NCBI GenBank assembly: GCA_004554455.1 | Contig: SFMG01000003.1 | Coordinates: 43,305 to 107,304 of the forward strand | Length of the DNA stretch: 64,000 nt | Direction: 5' to 3' | Origin: Bacteroidales bacterium | GTDB lineage: Bacteria; Bacteroidota; Bacteroidia; Bacteroidales; UBA932 | Shown: one piece after another, positions 8,286 to 21,404 of the stretch | Numbering within the stretch: the stretch's first letter is position 1 | Layout of the letters: each line of letters opens with the position of its first letter | Notes under the pieces: generated by a model | Seen by the model: the letters and a program-made list of their open reading frames with translations, nothing else | The model's database searches: none | What the model was told of the DNA's origin: nothing | Made by a program: the position numbers and the translations under genes

Positions 8286-8828
8286 CTATCCTAAAGGAGT
8301 GAGCTCACCCGTGACAGAATCCATCATATAGCCCCGCACGACAACGTCCTTGGGTACCAGGGGATGGTTGGATATCAGATCGATGGTTTCAAGTATCGCA
8401 GAAGGGGTATCGTCGAAGCCGTGGAGCCAGGAATCGAGATCGATGCCGCAATGCCGCATAAGGCTTATATGCTCGTCATCGATACCGCGTTCCTTCATCA
8501 GATGGAGCATCTCACCTGCATCCATACCCTGAACCCCGCAACCGGTGTGACCGATGACCATTATTTCATTGACGCCAAGTTCATAAATGGCTACCAGCAG
8601 ACTGCGTATGGTGCTGTCGAAAGGGTTAGTCACAACTGCACCCGCATTCTTGATCAGCTTGACGTCGCCGTTCCTGATGCCCAGGGCGGCCGGCAGCAAT
8701 GTCACCAGGCGCGTATCCATACAGGTAAGTATGGCTATCTTTTTGTCCGGATACTTGCTCGTCTTGTATTTTTCGTATTCTCCGGACTCGACAAATTTTC
8801 TATTGTATTCGAGAATGGTGTCTATCAT
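8286..8828 (-). CDS. Beta-class carbonic anhydrase
   Basis: Zn ligand motifs TCMDTR, NAGA and GHTGCG. Confidence 0.92.
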   Translation of the reverse strand: MIDTILEYNRKFVESGEYEKYKTSKYPDKKIAILTCMDTRLVTLLPAALGIRNGDVKLIKNAGAVVTNPFDSTIRSLLVAIYELGVNEIMVIGHTGCGVQGMDAGEMLHLMKERGIDDEHISLMRHCGIDLDSWLHGFDDTPSAILETIDLISNHPLVPKDVVVRGYMMDSVTGELTPLG

Positions 8829-8829
8829 A

Positions 8830-8901
8830 TTATATATACTGCTATATATCGTTATATATACTGTTATATATCGCTATGTATCGTTATATATCGCTATATA
8901 T
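8830..8901. repeat. AT-rich tandem repeat of about 10 bp (TCGYTATATA), about 6 copies, in the 5' UTR of carbonic anhydrase
   Basis: tgctatatat cgttatatat ac tgttatatat cgctatgtat cgttatatat cgctatatat. Confidence 0.8.
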
Positions 8902-8941
8902 TTCTAAAATGTAATATATTACCAATCAGTCAAATAGCACT

Positions 8942-10177
8942 TCAGTCCACGGGTGCAGAACGGACGAAGCCCGGTATGCTCAGGTCGCGGTCCTGTACGA
9001 CGTAGCGCACCGCCGCGGCACCGGAGTCCCCGGCGCGGGCCTCGGCGGCGAGGCGGGCGATGGGGCCGCTGCGTTTGCAGTCGATGATGAGGCCGAGGCG
9101 CAGGGAGTCGAAATCGCTGAGCATAGGATAGTCGCCATTGCTGTCACCGGCAATCAGGGAAGGCTGGCGGCCGCAATGGGATGGGGCGATAAGCTTCCTG
9201 ATGCAGGCGGTCTTGCCGGAATGGTAGGTCTGGTCGTAATCCGGCGCAAGCTCCCCGTAGCAGATCTGTTCGTCGGCAAGACGTATTCCAAAGACATTCT
9301 CAGGCGGGATATTGAGCCCGTACTTAGGGTCGCAGGCCATAGCCTCAACTATCTTTTCAAGAGAGGCAGAGCATATATACACATCAAAGCCATTGTCCTG
9401 CAAGCACTTATACAAATGGATATTCTCCTGCGGCAAGGCCATGCCCTTGCGGACCTCGACAGAAAGGCTGCCGTCCGGACTGTCCCAGATTTCGCTGCGT
9501 ATGGGCCCGAAAGAGAGCCAGTGGTCAACCGACTCACGGGTGAAGGCCTGCAGTTCTTCCCAACTCATTCCGAAGAAGAGGGATGGCTGCCAGAGGCACC
9601 AGATTCCGTAATCGAAGCTGTGCTCAACGCCCTCGTTCAGAACCAGGAGACGGGCGCGGAAATCAAGGTAGCAGTCGCTTGAACGGATTTCGTCCAAAGC
9701 CATCCCGTCGGCTTTCATAGACATAAGGACTGCGAAATCGTCGCTCAGTCCCTGAGCCAGTTCACGGGCGGTCCAGCCCTTTCCGTCCTCCCTGTCCGCC
9801 TTCAGCTTAGGCCCGTCGGGAGCCCAGTTCTCCGGGAGTATGCCCTTCAGTTCGCAGTCGAGATCCGGAATGTTGGCGGTAAAGCGTCCGAAAGCCTCGT
9901 CAGGCGAAAAGGCGTAGTTCAGATTCTCAATCTGATATATCATCAAAGTCAGGGATATATCGTTGATAATCGTAGTGTTGTCATAGTCGAAGACTGCGTA
10001 CGGCCGGCACTGCGGATTGTAGTCGGGCGACGAAATGCCCTCACTGCGTATCAGTTCGTCGAGGGCGGCATAGACGCTGTCGTTCCAGTTGTCGCGCGGC
10101 AGTTGCGGAGCCTGGCTGCAGGAATATATGGCCGCTGCAAGCAGCGTAGCCAGAAAAAATAGATGCGTATTTCTCAT
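8942..10177 (-). CDS. HAD-superfamily hydrolase lipoprotein
   Basis: DxD motif FDYDNT, YICSAS and AGDSNGD; lipobox AIYSC. Start placed at MRNTH. Confidence 0.8.
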   Translation of the reverse strand: MRNTHLFFLATLLAAAIYSCSQAPQLPRDNWNDSVYAALDELIRSEGISSPDYNPQCRPYAVFDYDNTTIINDISLTLMIYQIENLNYAFSPDEAFGRFTANIPDLDCELKGILPENWAPDGPKLKADREDGKGWTARELAQGLSDDFAVLMSMKADGMALDEIRSSDCYLDFRARLLVLNEGVEHSFDYGIWCLWQPSLFFGMSWEELQAFTRESVDHWLSFGPIRSEIWDSPDGSLSVEVRKGMALPQENIHLYKCLQDNGFDVYICSASLEKIVEAMACDPKYGLNIPPENVFGIRLADEQICYGELAPDYDQTYHSGKTACIRKLIAPSHCGRQPSLIAGDSNGDYPMLSDFDSLRLGLIIDCKRSGPIARLAAEARAGDSGAAAVRYVVQDRDLSIPGFVRSAPVD

Positions 10178-10323
10178 ATCCGACAAATTTAGCAATTTGA
10201 GCAATCATCAAAAAATAACTGAAAAAAATATACAGAAGGGCGAGGCGGAAGACATACACAACTGGTGCCACGGGATAGAGCTTTAATCCCGCGGCACCGG
10301 CTATGAATCTCGGGGTACGCTCT

Positions 10324-11649
10324 CTACTTGAGCGCCTCGAAGAGATATTTGGCTATGAAGAGGACGGCCAGGACAGCCATAGTTGGGCTGATTTTCCTGA
10401 TGCCGTCCTTTTTGAAGCTGAGCAGGTGGAGCACAACATAGGTGATCACACCTATCATTATACCGTCGGAGATGCTGTAGCACAGAGGCATGAGGAGCAT
10501 AGTGACGAAAGCCGGAATGGCCTCATCCATATCGTTGAAGTTGATGGAGCCAACTGAGCTGGCCATCATCACGCCCACGAGCACAAGCACCGCACCTGTC
10601 GCCGCAGCGGGGATGGCGAGGAAGAAGTTAGAGAACGGCAGGGCAAGCGCGAAGCATACTGCCACTACAAAGGCGGTCAGACCCGTACGTCCACCTTCCG
10701 CAACACCCGCAGCGCTCTCCACGTAGGTAGTGGTGGTGGAGGTACCGAGGCAGGCGCCTGCTGTGGTGGCCACTGCATCGGCCATAAGTATGCGGTTCAC
10801 GCCGTCCACCTTTCCGTCCTTGTCAATCATTCCGGCCTTCATGGAAACGCCCACGACAGTGCCTATGGTGTCGAACATATCGATGAAGAGGAAGGTCAAC
10901 ACAACCACGAGCATATCCCAGCTGAACACCTGGTCCCAGGCGAACTGGCAGAAGATAGGCTTGATTCCCGGCACCGCAAGGCTGAATTCGCCGAATTTGG
11001 TGACACCCATAGAAATGCCTATGATGGTGGTAATGACTATGCCTATGAGCAGGGCTCCCTTGACCTTGAGCGCCAGCAGTCCTCCGGTAATGAAAAAGGC
11101 TATGATCGCAAGCACTGCAGTAGGTTCAGAGAGGTCGCCGAGGCCCACGAGGGTTGAAGGATTGTCCACGATGATGCCGCAGTTCTTGAGACCTATGAAG
11201 GCGATGAAAAGGCCTATGCCGGCGCTGATCGCCTTCTTCATATCGGAAGGTATCGCGTTCACGATGAGCTCGCGTACCTTGGTGAGCGTGAGAAGTATGA
11301 AGATAAGTCCCTCGATGAGAATGGCGGTAAGAGCGAACTGCCAGCTGTAGCCCATTCCGAGACATACAGTGAACACAAAGAAGGCATTGAGGCCCATGCC
11401 AGGGGCAAGTCCGAAAGGCTTCTTTGCATAGAAGGCCATTACGAGCGTACCTACTATGGCGGCAAGGGCCGTGGCAGTGAATACGGACGGAGTAGGCATA
11501 CCCTGGTCTGCGAGGGCGCTGAAGATGCCCGGGTTGACGGCCAGGATGTAGGCCATTGTAAGGAAGGTGGTGACTCCGGCCACAATCTCTGTCCTGAGCT
11601 TGTGTGTGCCCTTCTCAAAGCCGAAGAGCTTCTGCATTGCGTTTTTCAT
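10324..11649 (-). CDS. AzgA/PbuG-like NCS2 purine permease
   Basis: Motifs TTFLTMAYILAVNP, APGMGLNAFF and TTYVESAAGVAEGGRTGLTA. Start uncertain (11649 or 11637). Confidence 0.9.
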   Translation of the reverse strand: MKNAMQKLFGFEKGTHKLRTEIVAGVTTFLTMAYILAVNPGIFSALADQGMPTPSVFTATALAAIVGTLVMAFYAKKPFGLAPGMGLNAFFVFTVCLGMGYSWQFALTAILIEGLIFILLTLTKVRELIVNAIPSDMKKAISAGIGLFIAFIGLKNCGIIVDNPSTLVGLGDLSEPTAVLAIIAFFITGGLLALKVKGALLIGIVITTIIGISMGVTKFGEFSLAVPGIKPIFCQFAWDQVFSWDMLVVVLTFLFIDMFDTIGTVVGVSMKAGMIDKDGKVDGVNRILMADAVATTAGACLGTSTTTTYVESAAGVAEGGRTGLTAFVVAVCFALALPFSNFFLAIPAAATGAVLVLVGVMMASSVGSINFNDMDEAIPAFVTMLLMPLCYSISDGIMIGVITYVVLHLLSFKKDGIRKISPTMAVLAVLFIAKYLFEALK

Positions 11650-11681
11650 AAGTATGATTATTTGCTGAAATTGCGGTTCTG

Positions 11682-13013
11682 TCATATCTCGAAGTTGACT
11701 GAGCTGTCACCCTTGAGGTCCTTGCCGAACTCATAGTCCTTGCCCGGCAGTATGGCGTTCAGGACTATGCCCACGATGGCGGCAACGGCAAGTCCGGAGA
11801 ACTTGACGGCACCTATGCCCACGCTTCCCGGGCCGTAGGCGATGCCTATGGCAAGCACGAGTATGAGGGCTGCGATGATCACGTTGCGGGATTTGGTGAA
11901 ATCGACCTTGTTCTCCACCACATTGCGTATGCCGACGGCTGAAATCATACCGTAGAGCACCAGGGACACGCCTCCCACGGTGGCAGTCGGCATAGTGCTG
12001 ACCGCTGTCGCGAATTTAGGGCAGAAGGAGAGCAGGATGGCCAGGACGGCGGCTATTCTGATGACGCGTGGATCGAAGACCTGGGTGATGTTGAGCACAC
12101 CGGTGTTCTCACCGTAGGTGGTGTTCGCAGGGGCTCCGAAAGCGGATGCGAGGGCGGTTGCGAGACCGTCACCCATAAGGGTGCGGTGCAGGCCCGGGTC
12201 GCTGAGGTAGTCGCGTCCGGTGGTGGAGGAGATTGCGCACATATCGCCTATATGCTCGACCATCGTGGCCAGGGATATAGGCAGTATGGTGATGATCGCA
12301 GTCAGGATGAGACTCCAGTTCGGGGACTTGAACACGGCGATGGCGGTGTCCTGCATCTTGAACGGAAGACCTATCCAGGCGGCATCCCTGACAGCCGAGA
12401 AATCGACCTTGCCCAGGCAGCAGGCGAGGATGTATGAACCTATGACACCCATGAGTATAGGGATGATCTTGATCATTCCCCTGCCCCAGATGTTGCAGAC
12501 AATGATGATGAGTATGGCCGCAAGGGCTATCCACCAGTTGTCGGTACAGCTGTTGATAGCCGAGCCGGAAAGGGTGAGGCCTATGGCTATGATCACCGGA
12601 CCGGTTACTATAGGCGGGAAGAAACGCATTACCCTGCGGGTACCGAAGACGGCAAAGAGGGCTGCGAGCACGAAGTACATCAGACCGGCACAGAAGACGC
12701 CTATGCAGGCGTAAGGCAGGGCCTGGGACATAGTCAGGCCATAAGGGGCCTCGGAGGCTATCTGCACGACTCCGGCATATCCGCCTATGAAGGCGAAGGA
12801 GGAACCGAGGAAGGCAGGGACCTTGAGTTTGGTGAGGAAGTGGAAAATCAGGGTGCCGAGTCCCGCGAAAAGAAGGGTCGCGGACATCGACAGACCGGTG
12901 ATCATAGGTACCAGAACCGTGGCTCCGAACATAGCGAAGAGGTGCTGGAGGCCGAGCACGGCCATTTTTGGTGCCCCGAGGCTGCGGGCATCGAAGACTG
13001 CGTTGTTTGCCAT
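11682..13013 (-). CDS. uraA: Uracil/xanthine permease (UraA/PyrP, NCS2)
   Basis: Motifs QHLFAMFGATVLVP, FLGSSFAF, EHIGD and PANTTYGENTGV. Confidence 0.9.
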   Translation of the reverse strand: MANNAVFDARSLGAPKMAVLGLQHLFAMFGATVLVPMITGLSMSATLLFAGLGTLIFHFLTKLKVPAFLGSSFAFIGGYAGVVQIASEAPYGLTMSQALPYACIGVFCAGLMYFVLAALFAVFGTRRVMRFFPPIVTGPVIIAIGLTLSGSAINSCTDNWWIALAAILIIIVCNIWGRGMIKIIPILMGVIGSYILACCLGKVDFSAVRDAAWIGLPFKMQDTAIAVFKSPNWSLILTAIITILPISLATMVEHIGDMCAISSTTGRDYLSDPGLHRTLMGDGLATALASAFGAPANTTYGENTGVLNITQVFDPRVIRIAAVLAILLSFCPKFATAVSTMPTATVGGVSLVLYGMISAVGIRNVVENKVDFTKSRNVIIAALILVLAIGIAYGPGSVGIGAVKFSGLAVAAIVGIVLNAILPGKDYEFGKDLKGDSSVNFEI

Positions 13014-13036
13014 AGATCAGTATAGTTTCGGATTGC

Positions 13037-14655
13037 TTATTCCCATTCTATCGTTGCAGGCGGTTTCGAGGAGACGTCGTAGCATACCCTGTTGACGCCG
13101 CGCACCCTGTTGATTATCTCGTTGGAGACGGAAGCGAGGAAGTCGTAAGGGAGGTGAACCCAGTCTGCGGTCATTCCGTCTGTGGATATGACTGCGCGCA
13201 GGGCCACGGTGCTTTCGTAGGTACGTTCGTCGCCCATCACGCCTACGCTCTTTACTGGCAGCAATATGACTCCTGCCTGCCAGATGGCGTCGTAGAGGGT
13301 ATGGGCCTCGATGGTAGGGTCGCTCGCGCTCATTACGCGTTCCGCACCCGGTCCGGCGAGGGCCTCGATTGCGCTCTTGTTGCCGTCGAGACTGTAGTTG
13401 CGCAGTCCGCGAATGAATATGTCGTCGGCTTCGCGCAGCACCTTGAGTTTCTCTTCGGTGACATCGCCGAGTATGCGTATGCCGAGTGAAGGTCCCGGGA
13501 AAGGATGACGGCTTATCAGTTCGTCTTTTATGCCGAGGGCGCGGCCAACCCTGCGCACTTCGTCCTTGAAGAGGGAGCGCAGCGGCTCGATGATGCTCAG
13601 GTTCATCTCCTCCGGCAGACCGCCCACGTTGTGGTGGGACTTGATCTTGCTGGCGGTGCCGTTGATTCCGGCGGACTCTATGACATCAGGGTATATGGTT
13701 CCCTGGGCGAGCCAGCGCGCGTTTTCTATGCGACGGGCATATCTGTCGAAAGTCTCGACGAAGAGGCGGCCAATGATCTTGCGCTTCTTCTCCGGCTCGC
13801 TGACGCCGGAGAGGGCGGAAAGGAACTCCGCTGACGCATCCGCGCCTATGACGTTGAGTCCCATATCCTTGTAGCTTTCGAGCACGTCTTCGAACTCGTT
13901 CTTGCGCAGCAGGCCGTTGTTTACGAAAATGCAGCTGAGATTGTGGCCTATGGCCTTGTTGAGCAGGACGCCTGCCACGGTGGAATCTACTCCGCCGCTG
14001 AGGCCGAGTATGACCTTGTCGTCACCCACCTTCGCGCGTATTTCCGCTATAGCTGTGTCTATGAACGAGGCCGGGGTCCAGTCGCCGCTGCAGCCACATA
14101 TATCCAATGCGAAGTTGGCAAGGATACGGCTGCCCTCGCTGGTGTGGAAGACCTCCGGATGGAACTGCACCGCGTAGGTCGGCTCTCCGTCTATGCTGTA
14201 GGCGGCGTTCTCGACGTCAGCGGTAGAGGCGATCACATGGGCGCCGAGAGGAAGGCAGGCGATGGTGTCACCATGCGACATCCAGACCTGGCTGCTGCGG
14301 CTGACACCTTTGAGCAGTGGCGATTCCGCGTCGGTAACCTCCAGCATTGCACGCCCGTATTCCCTTGCTATTGAAGCGTTTACGCATCCGCCATAGTTCT
14401 GTGCAAGGTACTGCGCGCCATAACATATACCCAGAATTGGATAGCGTCCCTTTATGCCGGCGAGATTGACTTTCGGCGCATTCTCGTCCCTTACCGAGCA
14501 GGGGCTGCCGGAAAGGATTATGCCTTTTACGTCGGAATCAAGCTGCGGGAACTTGTTGAAGGGATGAATCTCGCAATAAACATTCAGTTCCCTGAGCCGG
14601 CGGCCTATGAGCTGCGTGACCTGGGAACCGAAGTCGATGATCAGAATTTTTTCCA

Positions 14656-14656
<1 letters not shown>
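13037..14656 (-). CDS. guaA: GMP synthase (glutamine-hydrolysing)
   Basis: Motifs [30 protein letters not shown] and C-terminal KPPATIEWE. Confidence 0.97.
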
Positions 14657-16233
<1,577 letters not shown>

Positions 16234-16244
16234 TCAAAGCGCCG

Positions 16245-17687
16245 TCAATTCTGAGGACGATGGTAAATGCGAATCCCCAGAGAAGCAATCAGAATGGACA
16301 TCAGCGGCGAGACCAGATTGAAGATACAGTAAGGGAGATAGCTCATCGTAGCCACGCCGAGCACGGTCGCCTGGGTCATTCCGCAGGAATTCCACGGTAT
16401 GAGCACCGAACAGACCGTAGCCGAGTCCTCGACGCTGCGGCTGAGCAAGCGGTTTTCATAGCCGTTTTTCTCGTAGAGCTTGCGGAAGAGATTGGCCGAG
16501 AGAATAATCGACAGATACTGGTCACCGGTGATTATATTGGAGGCTATGCCTGTCATTACGGTGGCGCCGACAGTAGGGACCCGCCTGCGAATGTGACGGG
16601 TAAGCGCCTCGGTGATGCTCTGGAACATCCCGCTGCCGGTCATTGCGGCGCCAAAAGTCACGGCGCACAGTATGAGGAATATGGTATTGAGCATACCCTG
16701 CATTCCCCTTGTACGGGTGAGGTTGTTCACCAGTTCGGATCCAGTATCTACTCCCGTACTGGAGAACCAGCTGTACATAAGCCCCTTGTAACAACCCTCG
16801 AAACAGACGCCGTCCGTACCGCCTATGGCGCAGAGCTGTTCCGGCTGGAAGGCAATGGCCGCAATCCCCGCGGCAAAGGCCGAGAGCATCAGGGTGAGTA
16901 TCGCAGGTACCTTCCTGAGTATCAGATAGAAAGTAAAAATGGGAACCAGCAGGAGTATGGGTCTGATATTGTAGGTGGCCTGCAGGGCCTCCGTATATTC
17001 CCTGGTCATGAGGGAACTCTCCCCCTTATGGAATATGCTCACCAGAAGAAATACCAGCAACGCCACACATATCGAGGGGATTGTGGTAAGGAGCATATAG
17101 CGTATGTGGGTGAAGAGGTCCGTGCCGGACGAAGAGGAAGCGAGGACGGTCGTGTCCGACAGGGGCGAGACCTTGTCGCCGAAATAGGCGCCGGAAATTA
17201 TGGCTCCGGCAGTCCAGCCGGGAGAATAGCCCAGGGCGTTGCCTATGGCGAGAAGGGCCACGCCGACGGTGGCGATTGTCGTCCAGGAACTGCCGGTCAT
17301 AAGGGCCACCACGGCGGCTATGGCGCAGGTGGCGAAGAGGAATATGCGGGGCGATATGATGTCCAGGCCGTAGCATACGAGCGTGGGCACCACCCCGCTG
17401 ACCATCCACGAGCCGGCAACCGCCCCGATGAGCAGGAGTATGAGTATCGAGGTAGCCACGGAGCTGAAGCAGTCGTCAATGGATTTCTCGAATGACTTCC
17501 AGGACTGCCTGTAGCCGAATATGCCTATGGCTATGGCGAGGCCGGCAGAAAGCAGCAGCGCCACCTGGCTGCCTCCCTCGAGGGCGTCACTGCCGAAATA
17601 GCGTATTACAAGAACAAGCAATCCCACCAGAAAAACCAGCGGGATGCAAGATATCGTCCAATGTGGATATTTCCGTGCCGTCTCCAT
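16245..17687 (-). CDS. nhaC: Na+/H+ antiporter NhaC family
   Basis: Motifs GSSWTT, GAYFGDKVSPLSDTT and LIPWN; multiple TM helices. Confidence 0.9.
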   Translation of the reverse strand: METARKYPHWTISCIPLVFLVGLLVLVIRYFGSDALEGGSQVALLLSAGLAIAIGIFGYRQSWKSFEKSIDDCFSSVATSILILLLIGAVAGSWMVSGVVPTLVCYGLDIISPRIFLFATCAIAAVVALMTGSSWTTIATVGVALLAIGNALGYSPGWTAGAIISGAYFGDKVSPLSDTTVLASSSSGTDLFTHIRYMLLTTIPSICVALLVFLLVSIFHKGESSLMTREYTEALQATYNIRPILLLVPIFTFYLILRKVPAILTLMLSAFAAGIAAIAFQPEQLCAIGGTDGVCFEGCYKGLMYSWFSSTGVDTGSELVNNLTRTRGMQGMLNTIFLILCAVTFGAAMTGSGMFQSITEALTRHIRRRVPTVGATVMTGIASNIITGDQYLSIILSANLFRKLYEKNGYENRLLSRSVEDSATVCSVLIPWNSCGMTQATVLGVATMSYLPYCIFNLVSPLMSILIASLGIRIYHRPQN

Positions 17688-18178
17688 TACCAGAGGAGGA
17701 CGATGCGGAACTCCCAGTCGCCTGGCGTCACATCGACATAGAAGTCACTGGCCGTGAAATAAACCCAGGCGCCACCCTCCTCATACTCGATATCGACGGT
17801 CTGGGTCCAGGTGTACTGTTCAGCAGTACCTCCATTATCATATATCTCCTCAAAGTGACGCACGTACGGGAGAGACTGCTGGTTGTTTCCGAGATAAACG
17901 TATGCCTGCATCAGTCCCTTGTCGATAATGTTCTTGGTAAGTTCGGGAATTTCGAGATGCGCACGGTAGAACTTGTTGTTTCCATCGTTATCGGAGCAGA
18001 GTTCCCAGTTTGCATCCTTGACGCTGAAGTTGAGTATCTGCCAATTGGTGCCTCCGCCCTGGTTGTTCTGCCCCTCACAGTTCGGGCAGTCTATCTTCTG
18101 TATGCAGGAAGAGAGGGCGAAGATTGCCAGCGAAAGGGCTGCAATGCTTCTCACAAGATTTTTGATTTTCATATCCAT
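17687..18178 (-). CDS. Hypothetical lipoprotein
   Basis: Lipobox ALSSC; stop abuts the nhaC start. Confidence 0.7.
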   Translation of the reverse strand: MDMKIKNLVRSIAALSLAIFALSSCIQKIDCPNCEGQNNQGGGTNWQILNFSVKDANWELCSDNDGNNKFYRAHLEIPELTKNIIDKGLMQAYVYLGNNQQSLPYVRHFEEIYDNGGTAEQYTWTQTVDIEYEEGGAWVYFTASDFYVDVTPGDWEFRIVLLW

Positions 18179-18221
18179 TAAGCTTTTTTGTCTAATCGTG
18201 CAAAGATAGTCTATTATATCA

Positions 18222-19373
18222 TCACTTCAAAGAGGATATCATCGCCTCCGCCACGGCTTCTGATGCGCCGCTGCCGCCGAGCACTTCGCGGATCTGCGCA
18301 TATCCCCGGAGCATTTCGTCCCTGTAGGCGGCGTCTTCGACAAGGCGTCGCACCTCAGATTCGAGCGTGTCGGCGTTGAAATCGTCCTGCAGCAGTTCGC
18401 GGAAAACGGGACGGTTGACGCAAAGGTTGCCCAGACTGACGTAGGATATATGCTTCTGTACGCGGAGTATATGCGTTGCGGCAAACCAGGTCAGCGGCGA
18501 AGTTGACCAGCAGACGACCTGAGGAGTGCCGAGCAGTACCGTCTCGAGGCTGGCGGTGCCGGAATTGACCACTGCCGCAGCGGCGTGCCGCACGATTTCG
18601 CGCGTACGGCCGAAAAGGAGGTCCACATATTCCCTGCCGGATATATATTCCTCATAATCAGACGCATCCCTCGCAGGTGCGCCGGCTACGACAAAGCGCC
18701 AGTCACGGTATTGCGGCAGAGAGTGCAGTCTGTCTGCAAGCTGCATCAGCATGGGCATCATACGGCTGATCTCGCCCTTGCGGGAACCGGCGAGGAAGGC
18801 CAGGTATGGCCTGTCGGGAAGGCCGGAGGAGCGAAGGAATTCCTCTCTGGAAGCCTTCATCGCCCCCGAGGAGTCTATCGCGTCCACCAGAGGATTGCCC
18901 TTATAGACGAAATCCACGCCCCTGGCCTGGAAATAAGGGATTTCAAAGGGGAAGATTATGAAGAGCCGGTCAACATAGCGGCGTATCTGCCTTATGCGAC
19001 CCTCGCGCGAAGCCCAGACTTTTGGGGCTATATAGTAAAAGACGCGGAAACCGGCCTTGTGCGCGAAACGGGCGATCTTGAGATTGAAGCCGGGATAGTC
19101 GATGAGAATCACTGCATCGGGCTTCCAGGCTGCAATGTCACGCTTGCAGTCGCGCAGGTCCGTGAGCAGGCGGCCCGCCTTGCGGAGCACGTCGCTCAGG
19201 CCCATCACGGCCCCCTCGCGGTAGTCGCGGACCTTGGTGCCTCCGACTGCCGCCATCATATCGCCGCCCCTGAAACGTATCTCCGCATCCGGGCAGTTCC
19301 TGTATATGCCCTTCATCAGATTGCTGCCGTGAAGGTCGCCGGAGGCCTCTCCGGCTATGATGTAGAATTTCAT
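18222..19373 (-). CDS. lpxB: Lipid-A-disaccharide synthase
   Basis: Motifs AGEASGDLHG, IDYPGFN, PFE, GSRKGEI and SGTASLE. Confidence 0.95.
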   Translation of the reverse strand: MKFYIIAGEASGDLHGSNLMKGIYRNCPDAEIRFRGGDMMAAVGGTKVRDYREGAVMGLSDVLRKAGRLLTDLRDCKRDIAAWKPDAVILIDYPGFNLKIARFAHKAGFRVFYYIAPKVWASREGRIRQIRRYVDRLFIIFPFEIPYFQARGVDFVYKGNPLVDAIDSSGAMKASREEFLRSSGLPDRPYLAFLAGSRKGEISRMMPMLMQLADRLHSLPQYRDWRFVVAGAPARDASDYEEYISGREYVDLLFGRTREIVRHAAAAVVNSGTASLETVLLGTPQVVCWSTSPLTWFAATHILRVQKHISYVSLGNLCVNRPVFRELLQDDFNADTLESEVRRLVEDAAYRDEMLRGYAQIREVLGGSGASEAVAEAMISSLK

Positions 19374-19385
19374 CCGCGGAGTTTG

Positions 19386-20150
19386 CTAAAGATTTTGGAA
19401 TTCCCTGTCGATTCCCAGAGCCCTCATCCTTTCGAGCTCACGGTAGGCGGTGTTGTCCACGAGATGGGGAACTATGGTGATATAGCCCTGCAGCATAAGG
19501 TGATGGTCTGGCATCTCGGTGTTCCAGCTGCCGTCCTCTATCTCTCCGGACATGTGGTAGCTGCCGTCTTCGTCCTGAACGAACTCTTTGATCCAGCGGC
19601 ATATACCCATAGAGCACGCCCTCACTCCCCTGATTTCGTCGGCCGGGATGCGAGGGAAATTCACATTGTAGAAAATGCCGCTGTCAGGGGTCTGGAGAGA
19701 CATCAGCTTACGGAATATATCCGGAAAAAAGCGCTCCACGGCAGAGAAGTCCGCATCCGGCCTTTCGTCGAAAAGTGAAACGCCTATGCCCGGAACGCCG
19801 TTCACCACGGCTTCCTGAGCCGCACCGAGGGTCCCGGAATAGCATGAGGCCACGGCCACGTTGCCGCCGTGGTTGATACCGGAAACGAGCACGTCCGGCT
19901 TCGAGTCTGCGAAAACGCTGTTGAGCGCGAACTTCACGCAGGAGGCGGGGGTGCCGTTCAGATGTCCCCAGCCATCGCCCAGATCCGTATAGACCAGGCC
20001 CTTGCGTCCCAGATCGACAGCCATTGACTTGCCGCTCTGGTGTTCGCTTGGGGCGAGTACCGTCACATCGCCGAATTGCTTCATTATTTCAGCCAGTATG
20101 TGTATTCCCCTGGCCTGGAAGCCGTCATCATTGGTAATCAGTATTCTCAT
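19386..20150 (-). CDS. surE: 5'/3'-nucleotidase SurE
   Basis: Motifs ILITNDDG, GTPASCV, SGINHG and YSGT. Confidence 0.95.
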   Translation of the reverse strand: MRILITNDDGFQARGIHILAEIMKQFGDVTVLAPSEHQSGKSMAVDLGRKGLVYTDLGDGWGHLNGTPASCVKFALNSVFADSKPDVLVSGINHGGNVAVASCYSGTLGAAQEAVVNGVPGIGVSLFDERPDADFSAVERFFPDIFRKLMSLQTPDSGIFYNVNFPRIPADEIRGVRACSMGICRWIKEFVQDEDGSYHMSGEIEDGSWNTEMPDHHLMLQGYITIVPHLVDNTAYRELERMRALGIDREFQNL

Positions 20151-20225
20151 ATCGCAAAAATAAGAAATTTGAAGATTACTAAGTTATTTTCCACCTGATG
20201 ATGATTAAGTTTTGACATTTTTTTG

Positions 20226-20233
20226 TATTTTTG
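20226..20233 (+). promoter_or_regulatory. Bacteroidota sigma-70 -7 element for gap
   Basis: TATTTTTG matches TAnnTTTG, about 55 bp before the gap ATG. Confidence 0.6.
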
Positions 20234-20275
20234 CGGCGCTCATAAAGAGTTGAACAAAGTTTTACTTAATTATAA

Positions 20276-21286
<1,011 letters not shown>

Positions 21287-21305
21287 TTATCCCGACTGAC
21301 ACAAT

Positions 21306-21341
21306 AAAAGGAGCCGGCCCCGTGGCCGACTCCTTTTATTT
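21306..21341 (+). terminator. Intrinsic terminator of gap
   Basis: AAAAGGAG-CGGCC/GGCCG-CTCCTTTT stem followed by a T-rich tail. Confidence 0.75.
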
Positions 21342-21350
21342 TAGTAATAG

Positions 21351-21390
21351 CAAAAAATTGACCTGCATCAGCTCTGATGCAGGTCAATTC
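21351..21390 (-). terminator. Intrinsic terminator of the OmpA gene
   Basis: Perfect AATTGACCTGCATCAG/CTGATGCAGGTCAATT stem with an A-run on the left. Confidence 0.75.
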
Positions 21391-21404
21391 ATTTATCAGA
21401 ACGA

